The notes under the pieces were generated by a model. That model saw only the letters and a program-made list of their open reading frames with translations. It was not told the DNA's origin and made no database searches. Positions 49,932-59,500 of a stretch of DNA of 64,000 nt are shown in pieces. Numbering within the stretch: the stretch's first letter is position 1; every line of letters starts with the position of its first letter. Source of the DNA: Candidatus Bathyarchaeota archaeon (GTDB taxonomy: Archaea > Thermoproteota > Bathyarchaeia > Bathyarchaeales > Bathycorpusculaceae). The stretch spans positions 1-64,000 of the forward strand of contig CAVTZU010000011.1 in NCBI GenBank assembly GCA_963739305.1, read 5' to 3'. A program made the translations under genes and the position numbers.

Positions 49932-50915
49932 TCAATCCTTCTTTGGAACCGCCAAGTCTGATATGTCCACGCTGTGTTCATATATCTGCCTGAGGAAAGA
50001 AGCCACAGCGAGAATTTGGGGAACGAAGTCAAGCGACTGAGACCGCGCTAATTCCTCAATGTCTGCAAATTCCTTTTCAACCTTCGACCGCATACTGCGA
50101 ACGCCCTCCGCCATCCCGATATCGCCTGAAAGAAAGGCGCCTAGCGCTTTGTCATGGGCCTCAAACCCGACCGTTTGGAGGTTCAAGAACAATTTACCTA
50201 GCTTTTTGTTGAGCTTCGCGCCACGTAACTCCATGATTTTCCGTGCAGTCCGAACACAGTCATCTCCAATGGCTTCCACAAGGCTCGCTGCCAAACGATA
50301 GTCCAGGCAATCGATCGGGCTGACTCCTAGTTTTTCACTTAGACTCGGGTTTTGAATTATCGTGCGCAGGATTCGCACTAGCAGAAAGTACAACCTGTTG
50401 CTTTCATCGTCACGTGCTATGACACTCTTCGCAAGCTGCAAGTCGCCTTCAACAAAGGCGTTGATAACATCTCGATACATCCCAGCAGTTATCGAGTAAC
50501 CTCTCCGAAGAATCTTTTCCGGGCGAAATCCCGAAGGTTCCAGCAAGCATTGAAGGACAATCCCCGAATGATCTTCTTCAACAATCTCTAGCCCAACCAG
50601 ATTACGAACTGTCGTCTTCACGGCATCACGAACATCAAACCCGATTTTATCCTTTCCCTCGACGCGTATGATGTCAAAACCAAGAAGATATTTTGCGATA
50701 ATCTGACGCCCAAGATACGGCCCAGGCTCCAATACAGCGGATCTAAGAGTTGGTTCAGCCCCAAACCTTGTGTCGACTGTGAGCGTGCCATCAACAGTCT
50801 CGCTCACATCGACCACTCCACCCTTCTGTAAGCCATGGCGCTCGGCCCAAGACTTCGGCAAGCAAACAAAGAAAGTGCCCCCAGCGGTACGCTGAACCTT
50901 ACGCAATTCATGCAT
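49932..50915 (-). CDS. phoU: PhoU-family regulator with N-terminal AbrB domain
   Basis: RKVQRTAGGTFFVCLPKSW; two PhoU repeats (RDDESNRLYFL, EAIGD). Confidence 0.88.
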   Translation of the reverse strand: MHELRKVQRTAGGTFFVCLPKSWAERHGLQKGGVVDVSETVDGTLTVDTRFGAEPTLRSAVLEPGPYLGRQIIAKYLLGFDIIRVEGKDKIGFDVRDAVKTTVRNLVGLEIVEEDHSGIVLQCLLEPSGFRPEKILRRGYSITAGMYRDVINAFVEGDLQLAKSVIARDDESNRLYFLLVRILRTIIQNPSLSEKLGVSPIDCLDYRLAASLVEAIGDDCVRTARKIMELRGAKLNKKLGKLFLNLQTVGFEAHDKALGAFLSGDIGMAEGVRSMRSKVEKEFADIEELARSQSLDFVPQILAVASFLRQIYEHSVDISDLAVPKKD

Positions 50916-51144
50916 TTTTGTAATCCCCAACGATAGGGTATTTGACACTGAAGTATTAAAACATCTGAAGACGGCGGAAACATTAAGGCCTCAGGATCAT
51001 ATTTGAACGAAGCAAACTGTATAGCGTGCGTACAAAAAGAGGACCGAACACGTTAAGAGCCGCAGAAGAGATACGAAAGAAAGGGAGAAAGTCAAACCAC
51101 CGGCTTAGTTGTGCCAAAGAAGATAGAGGGGAGTACCCGCCAGC

Positions 51145-52710
51145 ATGAGCGAGCATGAGAAACTTCAGAAAGCTGTCGAGCTTACTATAGCAGCAGGTTA
51201 CCAACTCAACAAAGACGCTTTTGAGTTCTTGAGCATGCTGCCAACGACGGAAGACCCCGCTTTGTTTATTACCAAAGCAATTCATCAGATCGAAAAACTT
51301 CAAGACAAGCCATTCTTTATCGATAAACAGTTTCTACAAGAACTTGTTTCACCATCAGGTCTCTCGAAGGAAGTGACAAACCAAGAATTAGAAGCTCACG
51401 GAACAGAAGAACGAGAGAGAACTTTAGGTCAGGCAATCACGGGGAAAACGACCTTCCATCCCTACGCAAAGGATATCGAGGCGAACATGAAGGTTCTTGA
51501 AGACCCAGGTTCACAGATAAGTTCAGGCGGTACGATCGAAGATTACGTAAGCTACTTCCAAGACCGATTTAGACAACTTGAGAGACTGTTGAGGCAAAGA
51601 ATGGATGTTAAGAGCGCAGCATCAGTCATGGACGCCATAAAGGCTCAAGCCAGCTCAAGACTCAAGGTCATAGGAATGCTCACTGAAAAAAGAGAATCGA
51701 AGCAGAAGACCTTTCTGACCATCGAAGATCTGAAGGCAAGCACCGTAGTATTGGTGCCGCAAAATGCGTCTCTGGACTTGCAGACAAAGACAAGAAACCT
51801 CTTGCTGGATCAAGTCATATGCATCAGCGTGCTCAAGTCGAGAAGTGGCCTGCTGGTTGCTGAAGATATAACACTGCCAGACATCGCGCAGAAATATCAG
51901 CACAAAGCGTCCGAGCCCATCTACGCAGTTCTCACCTCCGATATGCACGTCGGAAGCAAACTCTTCCTGAGAGATGCATTCCACCGGTTCGTTCTATGGC
52001 TTAATGGCAGATACGGCGACGACAGAACGCGTGACATAGCAAGCCACGTCAAATATGTCCTAATCGCAGGAGATATCGTCGACGGAATTGGCGTCTACCC
52101 AAACCAAGCCAAGGAGCTCGCAATAAAGGACGTCAACAAACAATACAGGCTCGCTGCCAGATACCTAGAGCACATCCCAGACTACATCGAAGTCATAATC
52201 ACACCTGGAAACCACGACGCACCCAGAAAGGCGCTACCCCAACCACCGATAGAAGACGCATACTTGGAGTCACTTGCAGAGACGAGGAAAGTCCACTCGC
52301 TAGGAGACCCCTGTCTGGTAAGCCTGCACGGAGTCGAGATCTTGATGTACCATGGGCGCAGCCTAGACGACGTGATCTCAACCGTGCCGGGAATGAGCCA
52401 CAGCCACCCCGAAAAAGCGATGCGACTGTTGCTTCAGGCACGGCATCTGGCCCCGCTCTACGGCGGAAAAACTCCGTTGTCACCAGAGAAGAGGGACTCT
52501 CTTGTCGTCGACCGGGTGCCGGACATCTTCCATGTAGGACATGTCCACGCCTTGGAATATGCAGCTTACAGGGGGGTTCTCAACGTCAACTCGGGATGTT
52601 GGCAGGAGCGGACAGGATATATGGTCAGGAACGGTTTCACACCCATGCCCGCAAAGGTCCCAGTAGTAAATCTTCAAACTCTAGAAACCACCGTGGTCCC
52701 GTTTGCTTGA
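51145..52710 (+). CDS. polB: DNA polymerase D small (exonuclease) subunit DP1
   Basis: SDMHVGS, AGDIVDGIGVYP, PGNHD, YHG, HLAP, GHVH. Confidence 0.95.
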   Translation: MSEHEKLQKAVELTIAAGYQLNKDAFEFLSMLPTTEDPALFITKAIHQIEKLQDKPFFIDKQFLQELVSPSGLSKEVTNQELEAHGTEERERTLGQAITGKTTFHPYAKDIEANMKVLEDPGSQISSGGTIEDYVSYFQDRFRQLERLLRQRMDVKSAASVMDAIKAQASSRLKVIGMLTEKRESKQKTFLTIEDLKASTVVLVPQNASLDLQTKTRNLLLDQVICISVLKSRSGLLVAEDITLPDIAQKYQHKASEPIYAVLTSDMHVGSKLFLRDAFHRFVLWLNGRYGDDRTRDIASHVKYVLIAGDIVDGIGVYPNQAKELAIKDVNKQYRLAARYLEHIPDYIEVIITPGNHDAPRKALPQPPIEDAYLESLAETRKVHSLGDPCLVSLHGVEILMYHGRSLDDVISTVPGMSHSHPEKAMRLLLQARHLAPLYGGKTPLSPEKRDSLVVDRVPDIFHVGHVHALEYAAYRGVLNVNSGCWQERTGYMVRNGFTPMPAKVPVVNLQTLETTVVPFA

Positions 52711-52756
52711 GGGCAACCTTTTTGAGACATTCCAAAAGTCAGAGCCATCGGATGCT

Positions 52757-54007
52757 TCAATGTCTTCTGTCAGGTCTTTTTGAAAGACAACGGGGCTCGT
52801 AAGCCACAAGCCGTCCAAGCCTATTGTCCGCAGTGAAGACATCCCGAATGAGGCTACGTGCTATTTCTAGGCGTATCTTCTTGGTTCGCCCGTACCTCCC
52901 CATACTCACAACCTTCGCGTTCAAAAGGCCCATTGCGTCCAACTCGTTTATCAACGTACTCAAACGCCGTTGAGTCAATGGTGTAATACCTAACTCTCCG
53001 CTCAGTTCGTCATATACATCAAAAATCTCACCTGTAATCGCCCCTCGGGAACTATTTCTGTCAAGATGATAAATGCTCAGCGTCACAAGCTTAGAGTGCA
53101 AAGTGAGGTTGTTCAAGGCTTCCACAACACGATTGTGCTCAATGTGTTTCTCGGCTTCGCGAACATGCTCCTCTGTAACAACGTTCCCTCCCTTCCGCTC
53201 AGCCACTTCGCCAGCGACGCGCAGAAGATCTAAGGCTCGTCGTGCATCTCCGTGTTCTGCTGCCGCAAGAGCCGCACAAAGACCGAGTGCAGCATCAGAT
53301 AATGCATTCTCGAGGAAAGCAGCGCCCGCGCGTTCAGCAAGAATGTTCCGCAACTCGTCCGCGTCATAAGGCCTAAAAACCATCTCTTCCTCACTTAACG
53401 AACTGAGAACCCTTGGATCCAAGAACTCCTTTAGCCGTAAATCATTAGATATGCCTATGAGAGTCACCTTGCTTTTCTTAAGAACTTCGTTCATTCTAGT
53501 CAGCTCATATAGCAGACCGTCTCCACACGTCCTGATCAAAGCGTCAGCTTCATCTAAAACCACCATGAAAACTACACCAGAGACTTCTAGGCCAACCTTG
53601 AACCTGTCAAACACTTCTCCAACGGAGAGCCCAGTGAAAGGGACGTTTACGCCTAAAGCTTGGCACATGCTAGCAAAGGTGCGATATTCAGAGCCAGCTA
53701 AGCGGCAGTTCACGTAGCATAATTTGATGGGTGCACCGAACTCCTTGGCCTTGAATTCCAGGCGACCCAGCACGTACTTGACCACTGCTGTCTTTCCAGT
53801 ACCTGTTTTTCCGTAGATGAGAACATTGGAGCTTCTTGCCCCCTTGAGCAGTGGAGCTACTTTCTCACCAAGCTGCCTAATCTGATCTTCCCTATGAGGT
53901 AACCTACTTGGAAGATAGTCGTGACGCAACACCTCGCGATCCTTGAAAATCCTCACGTTGCTAACGAACTTGTCAAATACATCATCAAGTAAAGCAGGAT
54001 CGGTCAT
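52757..54007 (-). CDS. cdc6: Orc1/Cdc6 replication initiator
   Basis: YGKTGTGKT, LDEAD, HGDARRALDLLR, GRYGRT wHTH. Confidence 0.97.
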   Translation of the reverse strand: MTDPALLDDVFDKFVSNVRIFKDREVLRHDYLPSRLPHREDQIRQLGEKVAPLLKGARSSNVLIYGKTGTGKTAVVKYVLGRLEFKAKEFGAPIKLCYVNCRLAGSEYRTFASMCQALGVNVPFTGLSVGEVFDRFKVGLEVSGVVFMVVLDEADALIRTCGDGLLYELTRMNEVLKKSKVTLIGISNDLRLKEFLDPRVLSSLSEEEMVFRPYDADELRNILAERAGAAFLENALSDAALGLCAALAAAEHGDARRALDLLRVAGEVAERKGGNVVTEEHVREAEKHIEHNRVVEALNNLTLHSKLVTLSIYHLDRNSSRGAITGEIFDVYDELSGELGITPLTQRRLSTLINELDAMGLLNAKVVSMGRYGRTKKIRLEIARSLIRDVFTADNRLGRLVAYEPRCLSKRPDRRH

Positions 54008-54044
54008 AGCTACACATCTCAGAGTTCAGGAGTAACAGCACTTC

Positions 54045-54741
54045 TTCCTGTGGAGGACATAACACCTGTCGTACAGAAATCTAAATTTCGAACACGATAT
54101 TCCTAAAGGTAAGTGACTTCTCAATTGGAACCTGCAAAACAGAATGGACACACACCACCGCTTCGAGTGGAAATCTGTATCTATCTGAAGAATAATGTTG
54201 ATTCCTTCTGTTTAGAAGAAATATACTCCGTTTGGTAATAGTATCGAACGTATTATAATCATTATCCTTAAACATTTTAGAGGTATTCAAGAAAACTTCA
54301 ACACTTAAGCAAGAATTAACACAGTTCAACACACCTGTTCCACCGGAAACATAGGGGTGCCGCGCTCCGAACAATAACATACGAATATCCTTCTCTGGCC
54401 AGCTCTACAATATGCCTGAGTCTTCATTCTAGGCGTGAGTTCCTCCCATCAATGACACACCTCCGGTGACGTTTGCGCAGCTTTTCTTTTCACTAATCGC
54501 GAACGTCGTGTGAAATTGACTTCTTAATGTCTCTAGACGGGCTCCTTTTCTGATTCTATGCCGCCCTTTATGCCTCTCCACTGTGAATAGCTCACCCCTA
54601 CGCTTCTACTGGAGATTCCAATTAGAATGCAGCCTGCTCTTGTTTTTCCCTTTCAGAGGAGCTGTTACATATGTAATGGGGAAAGAACTGGAAAGAGGGT
54701 TCGCTGGGTCATTTGAAGCTCAGTTTGATGCTTCCCTGGAG
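54045..54741. promoter_or_regulatory. Replication origin (oriC) with ORB elements and an AT-rich unwinding region
   Basis: ORBs TTCCACCGGAAACATAGGGGT (+, 54338-54358), TTCCACTCGAAGCGGTGGTGT (-, 54152-54172), CTCCAGTAGAAGCGTAGGGGT (-, 54594-54614); mini-ORBs near 54045, 54651, 54685, 54732; AT-rich 54173-54337; upstream of cdc6. Confidence 0.85.
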
Positions 54742-54814
54742 GCACTATTCACCAAAACAGCTATAACCTTTGAACTGTGAAATTGTAAACAACAGATCTA
54801 GGTGCTGCCAACCG

Positions 54815-55246
54815 ATGCCTACAAGGAAAATGCGCGTCGAACTGTTTGACGGCGAAGGCAACCGCTATTCGATAAGCTTTCAGGGACAGATTACCAGAGA
54901 TAAGGCCCTACGTCTGCTTGACCTGGTTGAACTCTTGGGCGGAGTCCCAACCGGGGGGAGCAACCCAAGCACCGCGTCTCCTTCTCCAGCCTTCGAATTA
55001 ACAAAGTTCGAACGAATGAGGACTATGGTTGTTAGGCACTTCCCTTTGGTATGGTTTTCGTCGAGAGAGGTCCAATCGGTTTTTGAGCAGGAATATAAAG
55101 AACCGATTGCCCTAAGCACCGTTGCCACTTATCTGGCAAGAATGGCGGCCAAGGGGCTCGTCTTGAAGACAGGTCCCAGTAACAGCCTGAAGTACAAGGT
55201 TGCAACGAATGTTACCCGTGCGGCCCTAGAACAACATGTACCATAA
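54815..55246 (+). CDS. Two-domain protein with a C-terminal winged helix
   Basis: WFSSREVQSVFEQEY..IALSTVATYLARMAAKGLVLKTG..YKV. Confidence 0.8.
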   Translation: MPTRKMRVELFDGEGNRYSISFQGQITRDKALRLLDLVELLGGVPTGGSNPSTASPSPAFELTKFERMRTMVVRHFPLVWFSSREVQSVFEQEYKEPIALSTVATYLARMAAKGLVLKTGPSNSLKYKVATNVTRAALEQHVP

Positions 55247-55271
55247 ACTTTGCAATCAAAGCTTTAGAATG

Positions 55272-55994
55272 TCAGGTTGTTTGACTTTCCGTTTTCCTTA
55301 GGAACTTTTCCATTTCTTTCTTGACGCTGTACTTGAATGGGATCTTGCTGGTGTCTCTTTCCAAGTAGCCCTCTTCGTATAATTTCTTCATCAGACGCGC
55401 TGTGTGTTCTCTGCTTAGCTTCACGTGTTCTTTGATCTCAGGTGCCGTTTTTGGCCCCTCAGAGGCAAGCAACTCTAAGGCAGACAGCTCGGTTTCTGTA
55501 AGTTGCGCTATTGCCTTGTCCTTTCTCATGGGGATGACAGCTTCGAAACTTGCTTCGGGGACAGCGGGCAACTGGGTCGCTTTCTGCTCGAGTTCGGACA
55601 GTTTGACCTTGAGGGCGTCCTGTGACGTGGCGAGGTCACGCAAATTCTTCTCCGTAATATCCAAGCGAGAAACAGCGGATGTTCTGCCGTCATTTTCTGC
55701 CTGAACTTTAGCCTCTAGGTCGCCCATGCGTTTCTCGACACCTTTTGCAATGTCAAGAGTGCTTCCTGCCTTTGAGGCGATAGTCTCCACCTTGTACGCT
55801 ACGATTTCAAGCTTGTCGCCTTCGCGTTTGAATTGCCTGTTGAAGCTCAAGACGATGTCCTCGACGGCCATTTTGGCCTTCTCAAACTCCTTCTGAGCAC
55901 GGCGGAGATATCTGTAATACTCGATGGCTGCGAAAACCGTTACTGCTGCTAAGCAAGTCACGAGGGCCAGGATCAATTCATCCAAGTGTATCAC
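55272..55994 (-). CDS. Membrane-anchored coiled-coil winged-helix DNA-binding protein
   Basis: N-terminal TM (LILALVTCLAAVTVFAAI); ~110-aa heptad region; C-terminal wHTH LTETELSALELL..TAPEIKEHVKLSREHTARLMKKLYEEGYLER. Confidence 0.85.
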   Translation of the reverse strand: MIHLDELILALVTCLAAVTVFAAIEYYRYLRRAQKEFEKAKMAVEDIVLSFNRQFKREGDKLEIVAYKVETIASKAGSTLDIAKGVEKRMGDLEAKVQAENDGRTSAVSRLDITEKNLRDLATSQDALKVKLSELEQKATQLPAVPEASFEAVIPMRKDKAIAQLTETELSALELLASEGPKTAPEIKEHVKLSREHTARLMKKLYEEGYLERDTSKIPFKYSVKKEMEKFLRKTESQTT

Positions 55995-56283
55995 CTGTGA
56001 TACATACGTGATTAGTTGTGACCTTTGTCACGTTGCATCACAGATCACATCTTGACGGTTGGGAATATAAAATTTACGGTAGAGTCCATGAAATCTGAGA
56101 ACCATGACGTCACGCGTCACAGTCTGACGGCAAATTCGATTGTCTGACCTCGCTTATGGGTATTCAGAGATAAGGCTATTTGCTGCCATTGTTTTCAATT
56201 ATAGGCATATTTGCTGGCTTCTTGCGCGTGGTTTGTGAGGTACCTGAGAAAATATGATTTTGTGGTGTGATTTGTGATGTCAC
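55990..56283. repeat. GTGAY/RTCAC half-site array 1 (12 copies)
   Basis: Includes the dyad GTGAT-N5-GTGAC-N4-GTCAC-N5-ATCAC (56008-56041), ATGACGTCAC (56104) and GTGATGTCAC (56274). Confidence 0.85.
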
Positions 56284-56768
56284 AATTGGCTTTCAGATGG
56301 ACTGGATAGCTGTTTTAGACTTGTTTCAAGCTCCTCTCTGAGCAATTCAATGACCTTGACGCGCTCGCTTTGTTCTGTGGGTGCGTTGGGTATGTTCCTA
56401 TAGGCCTCTAAGTATGTCTTCAGTTTGTTGGCGATTTCCAGGTAGGGGTCGAGAGTTGTGCTCTCGAAGACTCCTAAGTACCCCAGAAGTATGACGGTAT
56501 AAATGGATTTTATGACATTGTCCTTTGCCTGTTTTAATGTCCTGTTAAAGGATCCGCGGCTTATTTTGGCCTTTGTTAGCCTTAAGCTGGCTTTCTCGTC
56601 GTATTTCAACGATTTGCCAGCCAATTGCTCGGATAATATGTCAATGAGGAGCGTCTCGAGCTGTGTTTTCGTTAAATGGCTGCTTGAGGCGATGATTTTG
56701 GCAACGGGGTCGTTAATGGAGCTTGTCAGCCAAGATTGAACACTTTCTTTAAGCCTCAAGTCGCTCAC
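56280..56768 (-). CDS. Putative HTH DNA-binding protein (sigma4/Bat-HTH-like)
   Basis: LTKTQLETLL....ISRGSFNRTLKQAKDNV pattern. Confidence 0.7.
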   Translation of the reverse strand: MSDLRLKESVQSWLTSSINDPVAKIIASSSHLTKTQLETLLIDILSEQLAGKSLKYDEKASLRLTKAKISRGSFNRTLKQAKDNVIKSIYTVILLGYLGVFESTTLDPYLEIANKLKTYLEAYRNIPNAPTEQSERVKVIELLREELETSLKQLSSPSESQL

Positions 56769-56968
56769 CTGTGGGGACTATGCAAATGGATACGGTTCTG
56801 TATACGGGCTCGGCTTTTAAGGCCTTCGGATTCTTAATGCCAGGGATTGGTGCCGGCTGGAGAGGGGGGTATTGGGCTCTTTGTGCGGTGAATGGCTGTC
56901 AGGACCGACGATCGGGCGTAAGAGGCGCGGAGAGTGGTGGAAATTGGCGAATAGGGAAGGAATGGGTC

Positions 56969-57371
56969 GTGATGACGCTTGACCTAGAATTCAGAGTCAC
57001 ATCACTTCAGTTGTTAATGAAAGAGAGTGAGTCAATTTTTGGGTAAAGATGAAGTGTGGAGAAGACTGGGCAGGACGTGGTGCAAACCATGTTATGAAAC
57101 GAGGTGATTAGCGTGTCTTTGGCGTGCGCATCGGAAAGGATCATGTGTTGACGACGTTACAGGTCGCATCATGAATCAATGTTGATGCGTGAAGTGGGAG
57201 AATCTGTGTGGTGAACGGATTTCGTGATACGACTGAAGCGTCGTTTGATTCTTTGCGTTGCATCGTGACGTCACTTGTCACAAGTAAGATCACGTGTGAC
57301 GCTTTCGCGTTGACGAATTCTTCATGTTGGTGTGATGTGATTGTGATTCGACGCCCGATCACAAACGTCAA
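56969..57371. repeat. GTGAY/RTCAC half-site array 2 (14 copies)
   Basis: GTCACATCAC 56996; perfect palindrome GTGACGTCAC 57265; GTGATGTGATTGTGAT 57332. Confidence 0.85.
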
Positions 57372-57432
57372 CTTTGATTGAAGTTGTTACTATCGCTGCA
57401 GAAAGACTGTTCAAAGGCTGAGATTCCGGGTT

Positions 57433-58266
57433 CTACAGTTCTTCGGCCAACCTTCTAAGTTTGTCAAACAACTCCGGTCTCAAGTCCTTAAGTGTTGGGA
57501 CGAAGGCTTCGACGGATCTTATGTCCGTGTAATCAACCTCGTGAACTACGAAGTCCTCTTCATCATACCTAGCCTGGACGAGTGGTCTTCCGTTGGGACC
57601 CAGTAGTCTGCTTCCGCCCCAAAACTGCAAGCCATCCTGAACGCCGACGAGGTTGACAAAAGCCAAAAACGCGGTGTTCTCCATGGCTCTTGCAGCTGTA
57701 AGTACTTCAAAGAAACCCCGACGGATTGTAGGCGAAGCTGAGATACAGATAATGAACTGAGCGCCTTCCAGCCTCTCGCATCTTGTCACCTCGGGAAAAT
57801 AGATGTCGTAGCATATCATGAGGCCTATCCTTCCAAGGTCGGTGGAGAATACTGCAGGCTGGTACCCAGGGCGGAAGTATCTCTTCTCTTCGAAAACGCT
57901 GTGTGTTGGTAGATACATCTTACGGTACTTTCCAACAAGGCCCTTTGGGCTTACCAGGACTGATGTATTGTGGAGCGTTGCTTGAGTGTTCTTACTAAGT
58001 TCAGGCATGCCAAAAACCACGTGAAGTCCTGTTTTCCTCGCGATTTTCTCCACGCGTTCCGTTGATTTTCCAGGGATTTCTTCCGCGAGTTCGAAGATTT
58101 GATCTCTGACCACGTAGCCAGTCAGAGAGAGTTCGGGAAGAATCAGCAGTTTAGCTCCTTGTTTCTGGGCCCTGGCCGCGGCCTTCTCGAACTTTCTCAA
58201 ATTTGCCTCTTTGTCACAAGGTTTGCTTTCAATCTGGGCTAGAGCGACGCCGAACTTGTCTTTCAA
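57433..58266 (-). CDS. Carbon-nitrogen hydrolase (nitrilase superfamily)
   Basis: E-K-C triad motifs LPELSLTGY, YRKMYLP, ICYD. Confidence 0.92.
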   Translation of the reverse strand: MKDKFGVALAQIESKPCDKEANLRKFEKAAARAQKQGAKLLILPELSLTGYVVRDQIFELAEEIPGKSTERVEKIARKTGLHVVFGMPELSKNTQATLHNTSVLVSPKGLVGKYRKMYLPTHSVFEEKRYFRPGYQPAVFSTDLGRIGLMICYDIYFPEVTRCERLEGAQFIICISASPTIRRGFFEVLTAARAMENTAFLAFVNLVGVQDGLQFWGGSRLLGPNGRPLVQARYDEEDFVVHEVDYTDIRSVEAFVPTLKDLRPELFDKLRRLAEEL

Positions 58267-58275
58267 ACATATCCC

Positions 58276-59127
58276 TCAGGTTGTATGGTTTGGGTCTCTT
58301 CGAAGTCTGAAGTCAGTACCGATTGTTCGATATTCAAGCTTTGCTGTCAATAACACTCTTCTCTTGTGCTCCGCAGAGAGCCAGGTTTGCTTTACCTTTT
58401 TGACGATTCGTGGCTCAATTCTGAGTTGGGCTCCTATCTCCTCTTCCTTCATGAAATGTTCGAGTCCATAGAGAATTAGATCAAGCTGCTCATAAGGCAT
58501 GCCGAGCTCGTCCTCTGCGAGCTGGTTCGGCCACAGAGCCGGGGACGACGGTTTCTTGATGATCGCCCTGGGAATTTGCATGTGGCCTGCGAGGTTTCTG
58601 ACTTGGGTCTTGTACAGATCCATTATTGGCGAGATGTCCGCGGCAACGTCTCCCCATTTTGTGAAGTATCCCATCATCGATTCTGACTTGTCTGAGCTTC
58701 CACACACGATTCGTCTAAGCCTGTTTGCATAGTAGTAGTTGTAAATCATTCTAGCTCTTGCTTTTATGTTGCCTTTGCTCAGTTTGTCCGCAGGATCGAA
58801 TATGCGAATAGTCTTGTAGAGTCCTTCTAGGGAAGCTGTGATGTCTATGCTTTCTGTCTTCAGTTTGAATTTTCTGGCCGCGAGCGTTGCGTGGTGAACG
58901 TCTATTGTGCTGCGGGTTTCGTTTTCGAACAACATGAGCCCAAGGACTCGTCCTCCTCCTATTGCTTTGGCTGACAGAGCAGCGACAGTGCAACTGTCGA
59001 TTCCGCCTGATAGCCCCAGGACAATTCCAGCAGCTCCTGTCTTCTGAACGTAGTCCTTTATGAACCGAAGTATCCTTGTTTCCACTTCGGGCATGTTCAT
59101 GCGTAGAACATCAGGCGTTAGCTTCAT
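58276..59127 (-). CDS. nadE: NAD+ synthetase (single domain)
   Basis: LGLSGGIDS, GNIKARARM, GYFTKWGD, EHKR. Confidence 0.94.
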   Translation of the reverse strand: MKLTPDVLRMNMPEVETRILRFIKDYVQKTGAAGIVLGLSGGIDSCTVAALSAKAIGGGRVLGLMLFENETRSTIDVHHATLAARKFKLKTESIDITASLEGLYKTIRIFDPADKLSKGNIKARARMIYNYYYANRLRRIVCGSSDKSESMMGYFTKWGDVAADISPIMDLYKTQVRNLAGHMQIPRAIIKKPSSPALWPNQLAEDELGMPYEQLDLILYGLEHFMKEEEIGAQLRIEPRIVKKVKQTWLSAEHKRRVLLTAKLEYRTIGTDFRLRRDPNHTT

Positions 59128-59224
59128 GGGTTCCGACTTCCAGATGTTTTATGGTCGTCGGCAACTATTTAAGGTCAAATGCAAATATGAATTCGAGAAT
59201 TTCAACCCTTGGAAGGACCTAGAC

Positions 59225-59500
59225 ATGGGGAGACGAAGGAAAAAGGTTGTACGCATCCCTAAGAAGCATTTGCCAAAGTTCTATCCATGCCCTAGGTGCG
59301 GGAAGGAAACGGTGAGAGTGGAGATCGTTCGAGACGAAGGTAACGCCATGGTGGGATGCGGGAGCTGTGGGTTGAAGGAGCAGTTTCCTGTGAAGCCGGC
59401 GCAGGGTGAAGTCGATGTTTATTGTATGTTCACTGACAAGATATACGGGCGGCCCAGGGCACCATCTGCGCCCGCGGTTAAAGGCGGACGGCTAGGTTGA
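59225..59500 (+). CDS. elf1: Transcription elongation factor Elf1
   Basis: MGRRRKK..LPK..CPRC..CGSCG..VDVY. Confidence 0.88.
   Translation: MGRRRKKVVRIPKKHLPKFYPCPRCGKETVRVEIVRDEGNAMVGCGSCGLKEQFPVKPAQGEVDVYCMFTDKIYGRPRAPSAPAVKGGRLG

Noticed and set aside
52283-52295. GAGGAAAGTCC, an RNase P RNA-like motif
   Set aside because: It lies inside the DP1 coding sequence with no other RNase P elements.
54081-54780. ORFs 54081-54380 and 54583-54780
   Set aside because: They overlap ORB elements and the AT-rich origin region, so they are probably spurious.
56771-57371. ORFs 56771-57046 and 57141-57371
   Set aside because: No protein-like features; the Val/Thr/Ile/Ser bias of the second is a by-product of the GTGAY array.
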